Source: Chlorokybus atmophyticus
Lineage: Eukaryota > Plantae > Mesostigma and Chlorokybus algae
Assembly (NCBI GenBank): GCA_009103225.1
Contig: RHPI01001428.1
Coordinates: 484,054 to 548,053 of the forward strand
Length of the DNA: 64,000 nt
Direction: 5' to 3'
Shown here: positions 12,224-23,603 of the stretch, in pieces
Layout of the letters: the number at the start of each line of letters is the position of its first letter
How positions within the stretch are numbered: the stretch's first letter is position 1
Notes under the pieces: generated by a model
What the model was told of the DNA's origin: nothing
The model's input: the letters and a program-made list of their open reading frames with translations, nothing else
Databases searched by the model: none
Translations under genes and position numbers: made by a program

Positions 12224-15200
12224 TGTGCTATGCAGCCTGTTCGTTGGAGAACACTCACCGAAGGCAACTTAGCAGCACCTGCAGTGCAGGCGCCTCCTCC
12301 TCCTCTAACTGGTTCTGCACCGAGACATCGCCCATCTCCACAATTTGTGACTGATAAGACAGAGGCGGAGGGGGCAGCGTGGGATGCCTTCATGAGTCAG
12401 TTACACTCTACATTGTTGTCGCGCCTGCACTTTAAGGAAGACCATCAATGCAACTTGAAAACAAGCATGGTGCGAGACCAGGCACAACAACCCATCCAAA
12501 GCAGAGTTGTTTACTTGCCCTTGCTGCCATACAACCCTGATAGGCCTGACAACTTGCGCCTTGCACTAATGGAGCTAAAATCTAAGCTGCAGCTGGATGG
12601 TGTGGACACTAACCTGCTGGTGGGAGGTGATCAGAAAACTTGGTCGCTGATGCAGCAGCTGAAGCAGCAGGACCCTGTGTACTGGCAATGGCTCTTGCCC
12701 TTCCCAGGAGATTGGCATGCATCATACAACACCACACCAGTGGTGTACAAGGTGGCGTACGACTGTGGCCTTGAACCGATGGCACTGGCTGCTGGGTTCT
12801 CACTTGCTTCTGCCCGCAACCAGCTGGTGGAAGGTCACAACTGGAAGCGTGCACACACATTCCTTCTGGAGGGACTGGAGTCGATTAGCAGATGGCAAAT
12901 TGAGTGTTTTGCCAACAGCCCACAGGCGACGGGGCTGGAATTGCCTTCCGATTGGCCTGGCACCTTCGGCAGCGTTGACCCTGTTCTAGCGGTGCAGCAT
13001 TGGGATGCATTTCAGGATTATGGCCAGGAGCGTTCACACAAAGACATGACATGGGCTTTCTGGTGGCCATTCACACAAAGAGACGCAGCAGCATACTTCG
13101 CACTGTTCACGTCCATACGTACCGGCAACTGGACTCTGAGAATGGCTGCGTACAAAACACTGGCACCCTTGTACTTTGCTTGGGATCGTCCACATTATCA
13201 GAGACTGGTAGTTGGACACCTAGCCGATACCTTGGGCTGGCCTGCAGACGTACTAGCTGCTCTGCAAAATGGAGCATTCACAATATCAATTAAGGGCAGA
13301 ACAGGCAGCAATGTGGCGATTGACGAAGCTCATGAGACCTTGATCAATCGCGATCTTAAGACTTCATTAGCTCGCCCTACTCCGGACATGATGAGGGCAA
13401 AGACAGTATACTTACGTACCGCGCAGAGAGTCTGCAGGTCTTACGTGAAGAGCTGGCACCCGCCGAGCTGAAGAGGCGGAGACCTGGGCATGTTGCACGT
13501 GCAGACGACGCACACAGAACACAGAAGACAGTGGATGCCATGACTGCAGTGCTCCAGACTGCAGGCGCATTTGTCAATGAGAGCCCCACCTCACTTCAAC
13601 ATCTGATTAGTCATGAGACAGCATCCGACAATGTCACCTCTGACTTGTCACGCCACTACGATATTGGCAGGGACTCCATGAAACTATTCTGCAATCAGAG
13701 GTTCGGGGTTAGTGTTCCTGCTGCACGTGTTGGTCGCAGGCATAACCTCAAGACGATGGCAAAGCCAAAGCCCGTCAACCGCACTGCAAGATCACTCAAC
13801 AAAGTTGTCAAAGCCACGGTGAGACCATTCTGCATGCCATTCGTCCAGCCTATCGTACTGAACCATGCATGTACACTGCTCAGACTTTGGTGCTCAAGCA
13901 ACTTGCTATGCAAGACACGTCAGCAGATACCTTGCGTGCAAGATACTTGGAGGTGCCGCAGGCTTTGTTTGAACTGGAAGGACAAATGCGCAAGGGCAAC
14001 AAGTCTTCGTTCCTCAATAAGGTCGCGGACTCAGTGCCAGATTGCCAATCAAGAACATTCCCACATGACACACAATGCGTGATCAGCGAAGGAATGTTCT
14101 TGATCAACATGCAACCCGGTCCTGGCTGTATGACCATAGGAGACTATATCTCTCACCTGTTCCGGGCTGCTGTTATGCCAAGACTCTTTGGCCATGCACT
14201 CCAGTCACTGCACATTGTCTTCGACGATCCATCGCATGCTACAGGCGTCAAGACCTCATTGCAAAAGACAAGGGATGGCAGCGATGCAGTCGCGCCAACC
14301 CAGACAGAGCCATTACATATGCACACCAATACCTCGTGCCTGGCGCAGCCTGCTATCTGACAGGCTACGCAAGCGGCAGCTCTGCGATCTCATCACACAA
14401 CATCTTCCCGAAATTGCAGCACCTTACCTGCGCAATGGCCAGAGTCTTATTGTCGCCGGCGGAAGCGATCGTCCAGACTTGCAGGACATGGCTCGGGTGG
14501 CGCAAATGACGCCCTATGGCCCTGAGTACTCCATTAGCACTACATACACTTGCAATCATGCTGAGGCCGACAGCCGCGTATGGGTGCACGCCCATCGATC
14601 ACCAGAATCAGTTGTCCTCATTTACAGTCCGGACACAGACACAACAATGATTGGGTTAGCCATGCTGGAACAGTGGCATGGAACTCATGCAGCATGCAAG
14701 ACGGTATACATTCAGCTTGCAACTTCAGCTACTACATCTGTACGCCCTGCATTTATCAAACTCGACACCCTGCTCTCAGCCACAACCAACATGGCTCAAC
14801 TGCGGTTCATACCTGAGCCCAGACGTGCTGAATTTCTGTTAAAGTTTTACGCGGGGACTGGGTGCGATTACACCTCTTTCATAGCATCCATGAGCAAGGT
14901 CTTCCTTTGGGAGGAGGTCCTTCTGCACAACACAGAGTTCATAACTGCATGTGCGGATCCTGACTCTAGTTCCGACACAGCAATGCTACTACGATTGCTC
15001 GGTTGTGCTTACTTCATGAAGCACAAAAGATGCTTCAAAGCCAGCAACGCTAATGCTCTGTTTGTGGAGGTGAATGGCCTCACCTGCGATCGAGAGTCCC
15101 ATGTCGCAATTGGAAACTGGTTGGTCGCCATCCATGATGGCAGCTGGCATACGATTTGGAAAGAGACAGACAGAATGCCCACAGTGGACGCTCTCCACCT

Positions 15201-16441
15201 GCATTGCAAACGCAGTCAATGGGTAGTAGCCATGTGGATGCAAGCATGCTCCAGTGAACTCCGCATGCCAGACCTGAGCGAGTATGGTTACAGCATTGAC
15301 AGGGGTGTGTACACCGCTGACATGGACTCGGAGCAGAACATGGCAGAGGCCAGGAAGCGACGCAGCTTGCTGCTGCATGGATGCGGGTGCAAGAAGAATG
15401 GTTGCGGCACGAACCAATGCAAGTGCAAACGAGGTGGACATTTTTGCTCTACCAGCTGCCGTTGCATCAGCTGCAGGAATAGAGTCGACAGCAGCTCGCA
15501 GCATGAACCCTTTCAGACGCAGCGACAACAAACCCCCACAGGTTTGAACTGCCATGCAACAAAGCTTGGTAGCAACACAGAGACATATGCATGGCCATTC
15601 TCGCTATGCATCTGTTGCAGGCACTCCCATGTCCATACAGAAGGATGCAAGCGATTGCAACTCGATGGTGTCCAGCTCTTCAGAAAGTGCATGCACAGAG
15701 GACGAGGATCGGGACATGCAATTCACTCCGCAGCAAACCATGCACACTCAATTAGATAGCAACAGCGATTCTGATGATAGCGATAGCTTAGACAGCACCA
15801 CAAGTAGTCTATCGGCATCATCTTCATGAACTATACCCATACACAGGCGCAATACAGACGAGAGACTGCACAACCCCATGACCATATGCATTCTCACACT
15901 GTGCATGCCAGTCAAATGCACGCTCGCAGTTCACAACAACACAGGGCTCCACCAAGAGCGGTGCAAAACCTAGAAAATGTCATCTGACAGAGCGCCACAT
16001 GCCACCTGATCCCAGCTGGCAGCCAATGCAGGATCAGCTTCAGCACCCACATACAACTTGAGCTGCCAGCACCGCACCAGGCCGGTCTCCAATAGCAGGC
16101 GCAGAACCGGGGCACCAGCGCCACCCACGTCCACACACACCAGCTGCGGCAGCATAGAACCCACCTCGTCAGGTCGGGGAGCAGCGCCAGGCCGCCTTCT
16201 CCACTCACGGTCGTCGTGGATGCTCACATGAACCTCTAGGCCGCAGGAGAGTCAGGAGGCGATTGCCCTAATTAAATTGGGCTGATACCCGTAGGTGCAA
16301 ACCTCCCATCCCTCAAGAACATTCTTCTCATAACGGCCATCCCCTAGAGACGCAGAGCCGTTCCAACGCCCCCGCCGCCCTCGCCCAGCAGACCACAACA
16401 CCTCAACGACGTCGCTAACCCTCATGCTGGGAGACAAAGTA

Positions 16442-19400
16442 TGTTGAGAGTATTCCTACATACGATCAGCATCGACCCTCCACACAGGAGTAGAAGGTCG
16501 TAAGGACGAGCACTAGGTCCGGACTTAGCAAGATGGCATCGTCGGACCAGACTCCGGACTCCAGACAGGAGCCTTACTAACTGCTTCGTATCTCCGCGTA
16601 TACTTCCTCATATTAAGCGTGTAAGAGCTTGTTGGAAAGCTCTGGTTGTGAGAAAGACAACGCGGCTTAGAGCGCGTCAAAAGGCTGAGTATAGCTTACG
16701 CAGTGCTTGCAAATGTAGACGTGTGTGTAACTGGCTGGTATAAGAACCAGCGGACAACTTGTAATAGATGAATGTGATGTGACTTGTGTATGCTCTGGTG
16801 GCGGTAGCTCTGTCTCTGTGTGTCCATGCTTGCCTCAACTACATGTGCATGCTAGTCCTTCAACAGGTTATGGGCCCACACTACGCTTGAGGAGGAGTGT
16901 GAGACTAGCTTGTATGCATAGTAGTTCTACACTATAGTAGCTTGTTGGTAGCAGAGCCTTGGGTGTCAACTGCAAGAAAGGCAGGCTCGACAGAAATGGA
17001 GGCGACCTACGACAAGGGGCAGATTGCAAAGCTGGACACCGACAACTACAACACATGGTGCGTGGAGATGAAGGCCTTGCTCATCCACAAGAAGGTGTGG
17101 AAGTACGTTGATCCGAAGGCACCACCACCAACACCAGGAGCGAACACTGTGTGGTCAGAGCATTCAGCAGAAGCACACTCTTTGCTTGTGTTGAACAGCA
17201 AACCGCATCACTTTCCCATGCTCACTGCATGTGAAGATGGTAGACAAGCTTGGGAAAAGCTATCAGCCGTTTTCAGAGCCAAGAACAATGCCAGAAAGTT
17301 GCATCTACGCAAGCAGCTCAGCGCACTCAGGAAGGAGGCAGCAGAACCCATCACAAAGTATGTTGCGCGCGCGAGAGAGCTGTGGGCGGACCTCATCAAC
17401 GTCGGCCACAACATGGGGGAGACGGAGGTAGTGCTGGCCATTGTTGCAGGGCTACCAGCAGAGTACGAGGTCGTCGCAACCCTGCTGGAGACGTCATCAT
17501 CGGAGTTGACGTTGGACGATGTGCTACCGAAGCTGCTCACCGTGGAGCAGAGGGTTGTGAAGAAGGACGAGCAAGCGGATGCCGTCGCCTTCTACACCGG
17601 CAAGCACGCAAAGAAGAGCAACCATGAAGAGAAGTACAAGGGCAACAAGCCAGGCAATCCTCGTCACAAAGACCTCACATGCCACTGGTGTGGTTGGAAG
17701 GGGCACATTGTGAAGGACTGTAGGAAGAAACAACAGGGGCAACCTAGAGCAAGCACCAGCAACAGCGGCAACGAGCACCAACACAAGGAGAAACATGTCG
17801 CCTTCACTGCATCCAGTTCGAGGGCGGGCACAGCTTTCTGGGTGGTGGACTCTGGCTGCGATCGTCATCTCACACCAAACAAGGAGGTGATGGAGGGCTA
17901 CAGGAAGCTGACGTCCACAATCAAGGTGGCGGGCTTCGGTGGCGAAGTACTGGTGGCTGAGGGAGTTGGCAACGTACGACTCCAGTGCAAGGTTGGTAAC
18001 ACACTACGCGAGGTGTTGTTACGCAACGTCCTGCATGTTCCTAAGGCTATTGCGAGTCTATTCTCTGTGAGGGTTGCGGAGCGCTTAGGCGCGGAGATCC
18101 TATTTCGGAAGGGTGGCTGCTCAGTCATCCTTGATGGGGTCGTGCACATGGTTGGAATCGCTGATCCGGGAGGGCTCTACCACGTGGAGCAGCACCCTAA
18201 GGACATTGACATTCAAGCCATGGTGGTGAAGGACAAGGAGTCGCCAACATTGTGGCATCGAAGGTTCGGGCATCTCAGCTACGTCAACCTCACTCGCCTT
18301 GTCGCTGAGAAGATGGTCAAGGGCATCCATCTCAGCACAGAAGAACTCAAGAATGCATCAGGTGCACTTTGTGAACCATGCCTGGTTGCAAAGCAGCATG
18401 CTATGCCATTCCCATCATCCTCTTCTAGCAGTCAGCATCCTTGCGAGCTTGTGCACATGGATGTCTGTGGCCCTATGCGCATTGTGGCGAAGGGAGGGGC
18501 CAGGTACTTTGCTACATTCCTCGACGACTACAGCAAGCTGTCCATCATCTTTCCATTGACGCTCAAGTCAGAAGTTGCTGGAGCTGTGCGCACAGTTGTG
18601 GCCTTGTTGGAGACCCAGTCTGGCAACAAGATGAAGGCAATGAGGAGTGACCGAGGAGGGGAGTACATCAATAAGGAGTTGAAGGAGTTCTTCGCCAGCA
18701 AGGGCATACGCCACGAGACAACGGCACCTTACACCCCGCAGCAGAATGGAGCAGCTGAACGCCTCAACAGGACACTCTTGGAGCGTGTTCGAGCCATGCT
18801 CAACGACACAAAGATGGAAGACAGTCTGTGGAAGGAGGCGGTACTCACTGCCAACTACATCCGCAACAGGTCTCCGGTGAGCTCAGAGCAGAAGACTCCG
18901 TGGGAGCACTTCTATGGAGCCACACCAGATGTGAGTGGTATGCGTGTGTTTGGATGCACGGCATATGCACTAGTGCCTAAACAGCTCAGGCACAAGCTGG
19001 AGCCGGTCAGCAAGAAGGGCATCTTCGTTGGCTATGAACCGGGTTCCAAGGCTTACAGGATCTTGCTCAAGGACACTCAGAAGATCATTGTGAGCAGAGA
19101 GGTGGTTTTCCACAAGGAATTATCACAACCAGAAGCGGGCTTCTTTCCTGAAGATGAAGCACAGCCGGAGCATCCTGAAACAGTGGAGGCTACAGGCAAG
19201 GCCATCATCGACAATAAGGGTGAGCAGGACTCTACTGTAGCAGACAAGCAGTCGCACCTGCAGCAGGAGCACGCAGCTCGGAGATACCCAGTGAGGGAGA
19301 GAAAGGCACCTGACTTCCTACACAAGGCACACATCGCCAGTGTGCACAATGAGGATCCAAGCACCTACGAGGAGGCATTGTTAGCACCAGATGAGGAGCA

Positions 19401-21351
19401 ATGGCAGCGTTCTATGGACGAGGAGATTGCGTCACTCCATGCCAACAACACTTGGTCACTGGAGCAGTTACCGCAAGGAGTGAAGACCATTCCAGTGAAA
19501 TGGGTCTTCAAGGTGAAGCGTGATGGTCAGGGCAACATTGAGCGCTACAAGGCAAGACTGGTGGCAAAGGGCTTCTTGCAGCAGGAAGGTGTGGACTTCA
19601 ACGAAGTGTTTGCACCTGCAAGTAAGCATACCACCTTCCGTGCACTGCTAGCTGTGGTTGCCGCTGAGGACCTCAAGCTGCATCACCTCGACGTGAAGAC
19701 TGCCTTCCTCTACGGAGAGCTGGAGGAGGAGATCTTCATCGAGCAACCACCTGGATATGAAGAAGGGGAGAGAGGCACAGCGTGCAAGCTGATCAAGGCA
19801 CTGTACGGGCTGCGACAGGCACCGCGTATGTGGCACATCAAGCTCACCAAGGAGCTTGAGGCACTTGGCTACACCGCATCCTCTGCAGACCCTGGGCTCT
19901 TCATCCATGCAGACAACAAGGTCTGGCTGCTCGTGTATGTTGATGATATCATCATCACCGCCAGGCAGGTGCACCACCTGCAGGAGACGAAACTTGCTCT
20001 ACAGCAAGCATTCTCAGTTCGTGATCTTGGAGAGGCCAAGTGGTTCCTTGGCATGGTGATTGAGCGCGACAGGGCGGCTCGCACAATCAAGATCAGTCAG
20101 GAGCAGATGGTGAGAAGACTCGTCACCAAGTTTGGGCTCACTGAAGCGAAGACCAAGACCGCACCGTTGGCACTTGGCACTGCCCTCATCAAGGCACAGG
20201 ATGAGGAGGTACTCGACAAGGCTCAGTATCCATATGGTGAGCTGGTAGGCAGCATGCTCTATCTGGCAGTGTGCACACGTCCCGATGTTGCACATGCTGT
20301 GGGAGTACTTGCTCGCTACATGTCTGCACCGAGCATGGAGCACTGGAGAGCAGCAAAGGGAGTACTACGCTATGTTGCTGGGAGCGCAACAGTTGGCATC
20401 AAGTTTGGGAGCGGTAGCACGGAGTTGGAGGGCTACTGCGACTCGGACTTTGCTGGTGACCTCAACAGCAAGAGGTCCACTACAGGCTACGTCTTCAAGC
20501 TGAACGGAGGTGTGGTGAGCTGGAACAGCAGGCTGCAGCCAACAACAGCAGCATCTACATCAGAGGCTGAGTACATGGCAGCGGCAGCAGCAGTGAAGGA
20601 GGCACTCTGGCTTCGCAAGCTCATGGCAGACTTGGAGCACCCCATGGCGTGCATCGTCATCAACTGTGACAACCAAGGAGCCATCAAGTTGTTGAAGCAC
20701 CCTATCGCCTCGGCAAGGACGAAGCACATTGATGTCATGCATCACTTTGTGCGTGACAGAGTCACAAGGAAGGAGGTGGAGTTCCAGTACTGCAACACCG
20801 AGGGCATGCTGGCGGACTTCATGACAAAGCCATTGTCACCACTCAAGTTCAAGACTTGTTGTGCAGGACTTGGCATCTGTGTTTGACTACAGAGCAAGTG
20901 TTGGAGGTCAAGCTGCTCGCGTGGGAGTGTTGAGAGTATTCCTACATACGATCAGCATCGACCCTCCACACAGGAGTAGAAGGTCGTAAGGACGAGCACT
21001 AGGTCCGGACTTAGCAAGATGGCATCGTCGGACCAGACTCCGGACTCCAGACAGGAGCCTTACTAACTGCTTCGTATCTCCGCGTATACTTCCTCATATT
21101 AAGCGTGTAAGAGCTTGTTGGAAAGCTCTGGTTGTGAGAAAGACAACGCGGCTTAGAGCGCGTCAAAAGGCTGAGTATAGCTTACGCAGTGCTTGCAAAT
21201 GTAGACGTGTGTGTAACTGGCTGGTATAAGAACCAGCGGACAACTTGTAATAGATGAATGTGATGTGACTTGTGTATGCTCTGGTGGCGGTAGCTCTGTC
21301 TCTGTGTGTCCATGCTTGCCTCAACTACATGTGCATGCTAGTCCTTCAACA
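16442..21351 (+). mobile_element. Intact Ty1/copia retrotransposon with a half-tRNA-iMet-type PBS (Osser-like)
   Basis: 424-bp LTRs at 16442-16865 and 20928-21351 with no differences found by eye, TSD AAGTA, PBS GGTTATGGGCCCA at 16866. Confidence 0.98.
16996..20886 (+). CDS. Copia gag-pol polyprotein (gag, CCHC knuckle, protease, integrase, RT, RNase H)
   Basis: CHWCGWKGHIVKDC, WVVDSGC, LWHRRFGH, HMDVCGP..SDRGGEY..NGAAER, YVDD, YCDSDFAG; uninterrupted ORF. Confidence 0.97.
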   Translation: MEATYDKGQIAKLDTDNYNTWCVEMKALLIHKKVWKYVDPKAPPPTPGANTVWSEHSAEAHSLLVLNSKPHHFPMLTACEDGRQAWEKLSAVFRAKNNARKLHLRKQLSALRKEAAEPITKYVARARELWADLINVGHNMGETEVVLAIVAGLPAEYEVVATLLETSSSELTLDDVLPKLLTVEQRVVKKDEQADAVAFYTGKHAKKSNHEEKYKGNKPGNPRHKDLTCHWCGWKGHIVKDCRKKQQGQPRASTSNSGNEHQHKEKHVAFTASSSRAGTAFWVVDSGCDRHLTPNKEVMEGYRKLTSTIKVAGFGGEVLVAEGVGNVRLQCKVGNTLREVLLRNVLHVPKAIASLFSVRVAERLGAEILFRKGGCSVILDGVVHMVGIADPGGLYHVEQHPKDIDIQAMVVKDKESPTLWHRRFGHLSYVNLTRLVAEKMVKGIHLSTEELKNASGALCEPCLVAKQHAMPFPSSSSSSQHPCELVHMDVCGPMRIVAKGGARYFATFLDDYSKLSIIFPLTLKSEVAGAVRTVVALLETQSGNKMKAMRSDRGGEYINKELKEFFASKGIRHETTAPYTPQQNGAAERLNRTLLERVRAMLNDTKMEDSLWKEAVLTANYIRNRSPVSSEQKTPWEHFYGATPDVSGMRVFGCTAYALVPKQLRHKLEPVSKKGIFVGYEPGSKAYRILLKDTQKIIVSREVVFHKELSQPEAGFFPEDEAQPEHPETVEATGKAIIDNKGEQDSTVADKQSHLQQEHAARRYPVRERKAPDFLHKAHIASVHNEDPSTYEEALLAPDEEQWQRSMDEEIASLHANNTWSLEQLPQGVKTIPVKWVFKVKRDGQGNIERYKARLVAKGFLQQEGVDFNEVFAPASKHTTFRALLAVVAAEDLKLHHLDVKTAFLYGELEEEIFIEQPPGYEEGERGTACKLIKALYGLRQAPRMWHIKLTKELEALGYTASSADPGLFIHADNKVWLLVYVDDIIITARQVHHLQETKLALQQAFSVRDLGEAKWFLGMVIERDRAARTIKISQEQMVRRLVTKFGLTEAKTKTAPLALGTALIKAQDEEVLDKAQYPYGELVGSMLYLAVCTRPDVAHAVGVLARYMSAPSMEHWRAAKGVLRYVAGSATVGIKFGSGSTELEGYCDSDFAGDLNSKRSTTGYVFKLNGGVVSWNSRLQPTTAASTSEAEYMAAAAAVKEALWLRKLMADLEHPMACIVINCDNQGAIKLLKHPIASARTKHIDVMHHFVRDRVTRKEVEFQYCNTEGMLADFMTKPLSPLKFKTCCAGLGICV

Positions 21352-21946
21352 AAGTAGCCATAAATTGCTCCCCCTCTCCCGCCGCCACGGTCTCGGCGCC
21401 AAGGCTGTCAGGCACAGCATGGACAGGCCCACCCGCCATGCCGCCCCGCCCCCCACCCGCCCCTCGCACACCGCCGCCGCCTGCAACGCTAACCTTACTA
21501 CACTAGCCAAACTCACCAGCATCACACTTCACATCAAACCCATCACACGATTTTCTCACACATCATGCGCCGGTCAGCATAATGTCAACCATACGTCAGC
21601 TGCCTGACACAATATTGACACAACCACACATTGCCACCAATCATACTCGCGAACAGGCAGCAGAGCGCGTGACATTCATTGCGATCACACATTATCACCA
21701 CAGAGAAGGGTCCTCTCGCGACTCACTAGATACTGCCACGACAGCACAAAGCTCATCAACGGCCCACTTATCGCGTCCAATGTTTGCTCGGGGCAGGCCG
21801 CTGGGCTTTCCGGCTGATTAGGCAAGTCGCGACCTATCGATGATGGCACTTATGAAGTGACCAATTACGATGTTATTGGATCGAGAAACAACGACCGCGG
21901 AATTCGTGTGCAAGGCAGGAACCCGGGTCTCAAGCTCCGATACCAA

Positions 21947-22025
21947 TGTCACAGCCCACTCGACCACAAAAGACTTGGTGCCTTTATGATTAATTTGTGG
22001 TAATTTAATGTACCTTCCCGTTACA
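21947..22025 (-). repeat. TRIM 5' LTR (79 bp)
   Basis: Matches 4444-4522; PBS is adjacent and the TSD follows. Confidence 0.9.
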
Positions 22026-23603
22026 AACACGTTTGGCGATAGCAGCGCACAGCGCGCCACAATTTTTCAAGGGAACGCGGTTGAGGCTATGTCCTACCGT
22101 AGGTGGGTGTCCACTATATAGAATGCCAGCAAAAACACAGTCGAAATTACAACCGTAGGCATCACTACCGTAACATGAAGTGCACATGCGATCAAGAGCA
22201 TCTTGCTATGGTGATCGTTGCATCAATTTGAAACCCAAGCCATGTTCGCGCCACAAAAGCACGCTCCATTGGTTGGGTTGCAGATAATCTGCAACCCAGG
22301 TCAAACATGCACAAATAGCATATGAGCATATACATAGCAACGACATGTAGCCACGCATATTACTAATATGCGTGCGGCACGGATTTTGAGGTCACGGCGT
22401 AATGCTACATGCATGTGGACAATGTCAGTATTTGTTGCGTCCAGCACCGCGTGGGTGCTTCGATAGCCGACACTATCATGCCACATCAAAAAGCCATGCC
22501 ATGGCTTTTAAATGTGAGCTCCACATTCACAAACATGTACATTCTCGCTTTCTCTGCGTGTATATGCATTTGTGCACGTGGGCATGTGTGTCAGATATGC
22601 ATGCATGCGTGTGCGTAGGCGCCCATGTGCGCTCGTCTGTGTGCGCATGTTTACATTACATGGCCTGCATTTTAATTTATTTCGAACAGAAGTAAGGGGT
22701 TGGCGGTGTTGCGGGCGGGCTGCAAATGTTTAGTCATTTACTGAGGCCTTGTTAAAAGTTATTGTAATATCATGCGCCTTGTCGTGCATGCATCAAGATT
22801 TACATTTGTAATTTAAGTGTCAAGTTTTAATGCAACTTCACATAATCCGAAAATATGCATGAATGGTGATGCACACGCCATAACGTGCGTAAGCGTAACG
22901 TATTTACCGATCAGCCCGAGGCAGCAGTGCTGTAACAGCACCACCGTCGCCGGTGATGCCCCTTCAATCCTCTACCCCAACACCCACACCGCCTATGACA
23001 AGCCTTTCAACGGCGTGGCCGCCACTGAGCAGAGAACTGAAAGTCCCCAAATCAGATTGATGTGACTTTTTATATCAAGAGTATATCAACTATATACCTC
23101 TCGATAATTAACTCACAACTAGACATCGACCCTACAGATAGGGTAGTTAGGAAATCTAGCGTGAGCCAATCACAGCTCAGATAAGGTACCTATCGATAAG
23201 GTATCTATCCAAAGATACCTATCGTAAGGTACCTAACGAGATAGTGATCACATTATATCAAATGTGACATTAAACAGGCTTGAATAAGCGGTTCTACACC
23301 CATTGGGACTTATTTAAGCTATGATAAAGCATCATAGCCTTCAATAAGCGAGGAACCGTAGAAAAGAGGTATAAATAAGCATATTTAAATACTTACTCAT
23401 ACAAAATGTGTTATTTATGTAGCAATAATACCCCTATTATTATTGCTCCCGTTACATTCCCCCCCACTTAGGTTTTCAACGTCCTCGTTGAACTCAAGTT
23501 GATCAGGCTTGATTTCGAGTAATTGTAACCAGTGAGATAGCAGGAAATGACAGGGTGGTAATGAAACGGCATTGCCAGTCTGTCATAAAACCAAGCCCAC
23601 GGT

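Larger units (their letters stand above)
5113..15829 (+). pseudogene. AcademX transposase / XPG(PIN)-nuclease / CXC multi-exon gene, disrupted
   Basis: Motifs ASIDNWD, GDQKT, PFPGDWH, AIDEAHE (putative transposase core); VPQALFELEGQMRKGNKS, HIVFDD, CNHAEADSRVWVH, SPDTDT, TGCDYTSF (XPG/FEN1-like PIN + H3TH); PTVDALHLH; C-terminal CXC CGCKKNGCGTNQCKCKRGGHFCSTSCRCISC; acidic tail. Apparent frameshifts near 13413 and 14320. A gypsy element sits in the intron that starts near 8284. Confidence 0.8.
15970..21439 (-). pseudogene. Convergent second gene of AcademX-1 (unknown function); first exon interrupted by the copia element
   Basis: Removing the copia and one TSD joins 21439-21357 to 16441-16300 in one frame: MAGGPVHAVPDSLGAETVAAGEGEQFMATLSPSMRVSDVVEVLW...LEGWE. 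A probable intron then leads to VHVSIHDDREW. The 3' end of the gene is uncertain. Confidence 0.45.
4762..21816 (+). mobile_element. Academ (AcademX-type) DNA transposon 1, ~8.26 kb without its two nested LTR elements
   Basis: Perfect 23-bp TIR CAGCCGGAAAGCCCAGCGGCCTG (4762-4784 and reverse complement 21794-21816), 4-bp TSD ATTA (4758-4761, 21817-21820), and an internal transposase-XPG/PIN-CXC gene. Confidence 0.85.
4444..22025 (-). mobile_element. TRIM (miniature non-autonomous LTR element, ~523 bp when nested inserts are removed), split by an AcademX insertion
   Basis: 79-bp TG..CA direct repeats at 4444-4522 and 21947-22025. TSD AACAC (4439-4443, 22026-22030). tRNA-Met PBS TGGTATCGGAGC on the minus strand (21934-21945) and PPT AAGTGGGGGGAA on the minus strand (4523-4534). 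Confidence 0.9.

Noticed and set aside
15390-15480. Host tesmin/TSO1 CXC transcription factor
   Set aside because: There is only a single CXC at the end of the transposase-XPG protein, inside TIRs; the same holds at ~57225-57330.
4444-22025. A single giant LTR element (LARD-like) with 79-bp LTRs carrying a nuclease gene as cargo
   Set aside because: The nuclease cassette has its own 23-bp TIRs and 4-bp TSD inside the short-LTR element, so it is a later DNA-transposon insertion into a TRIM.
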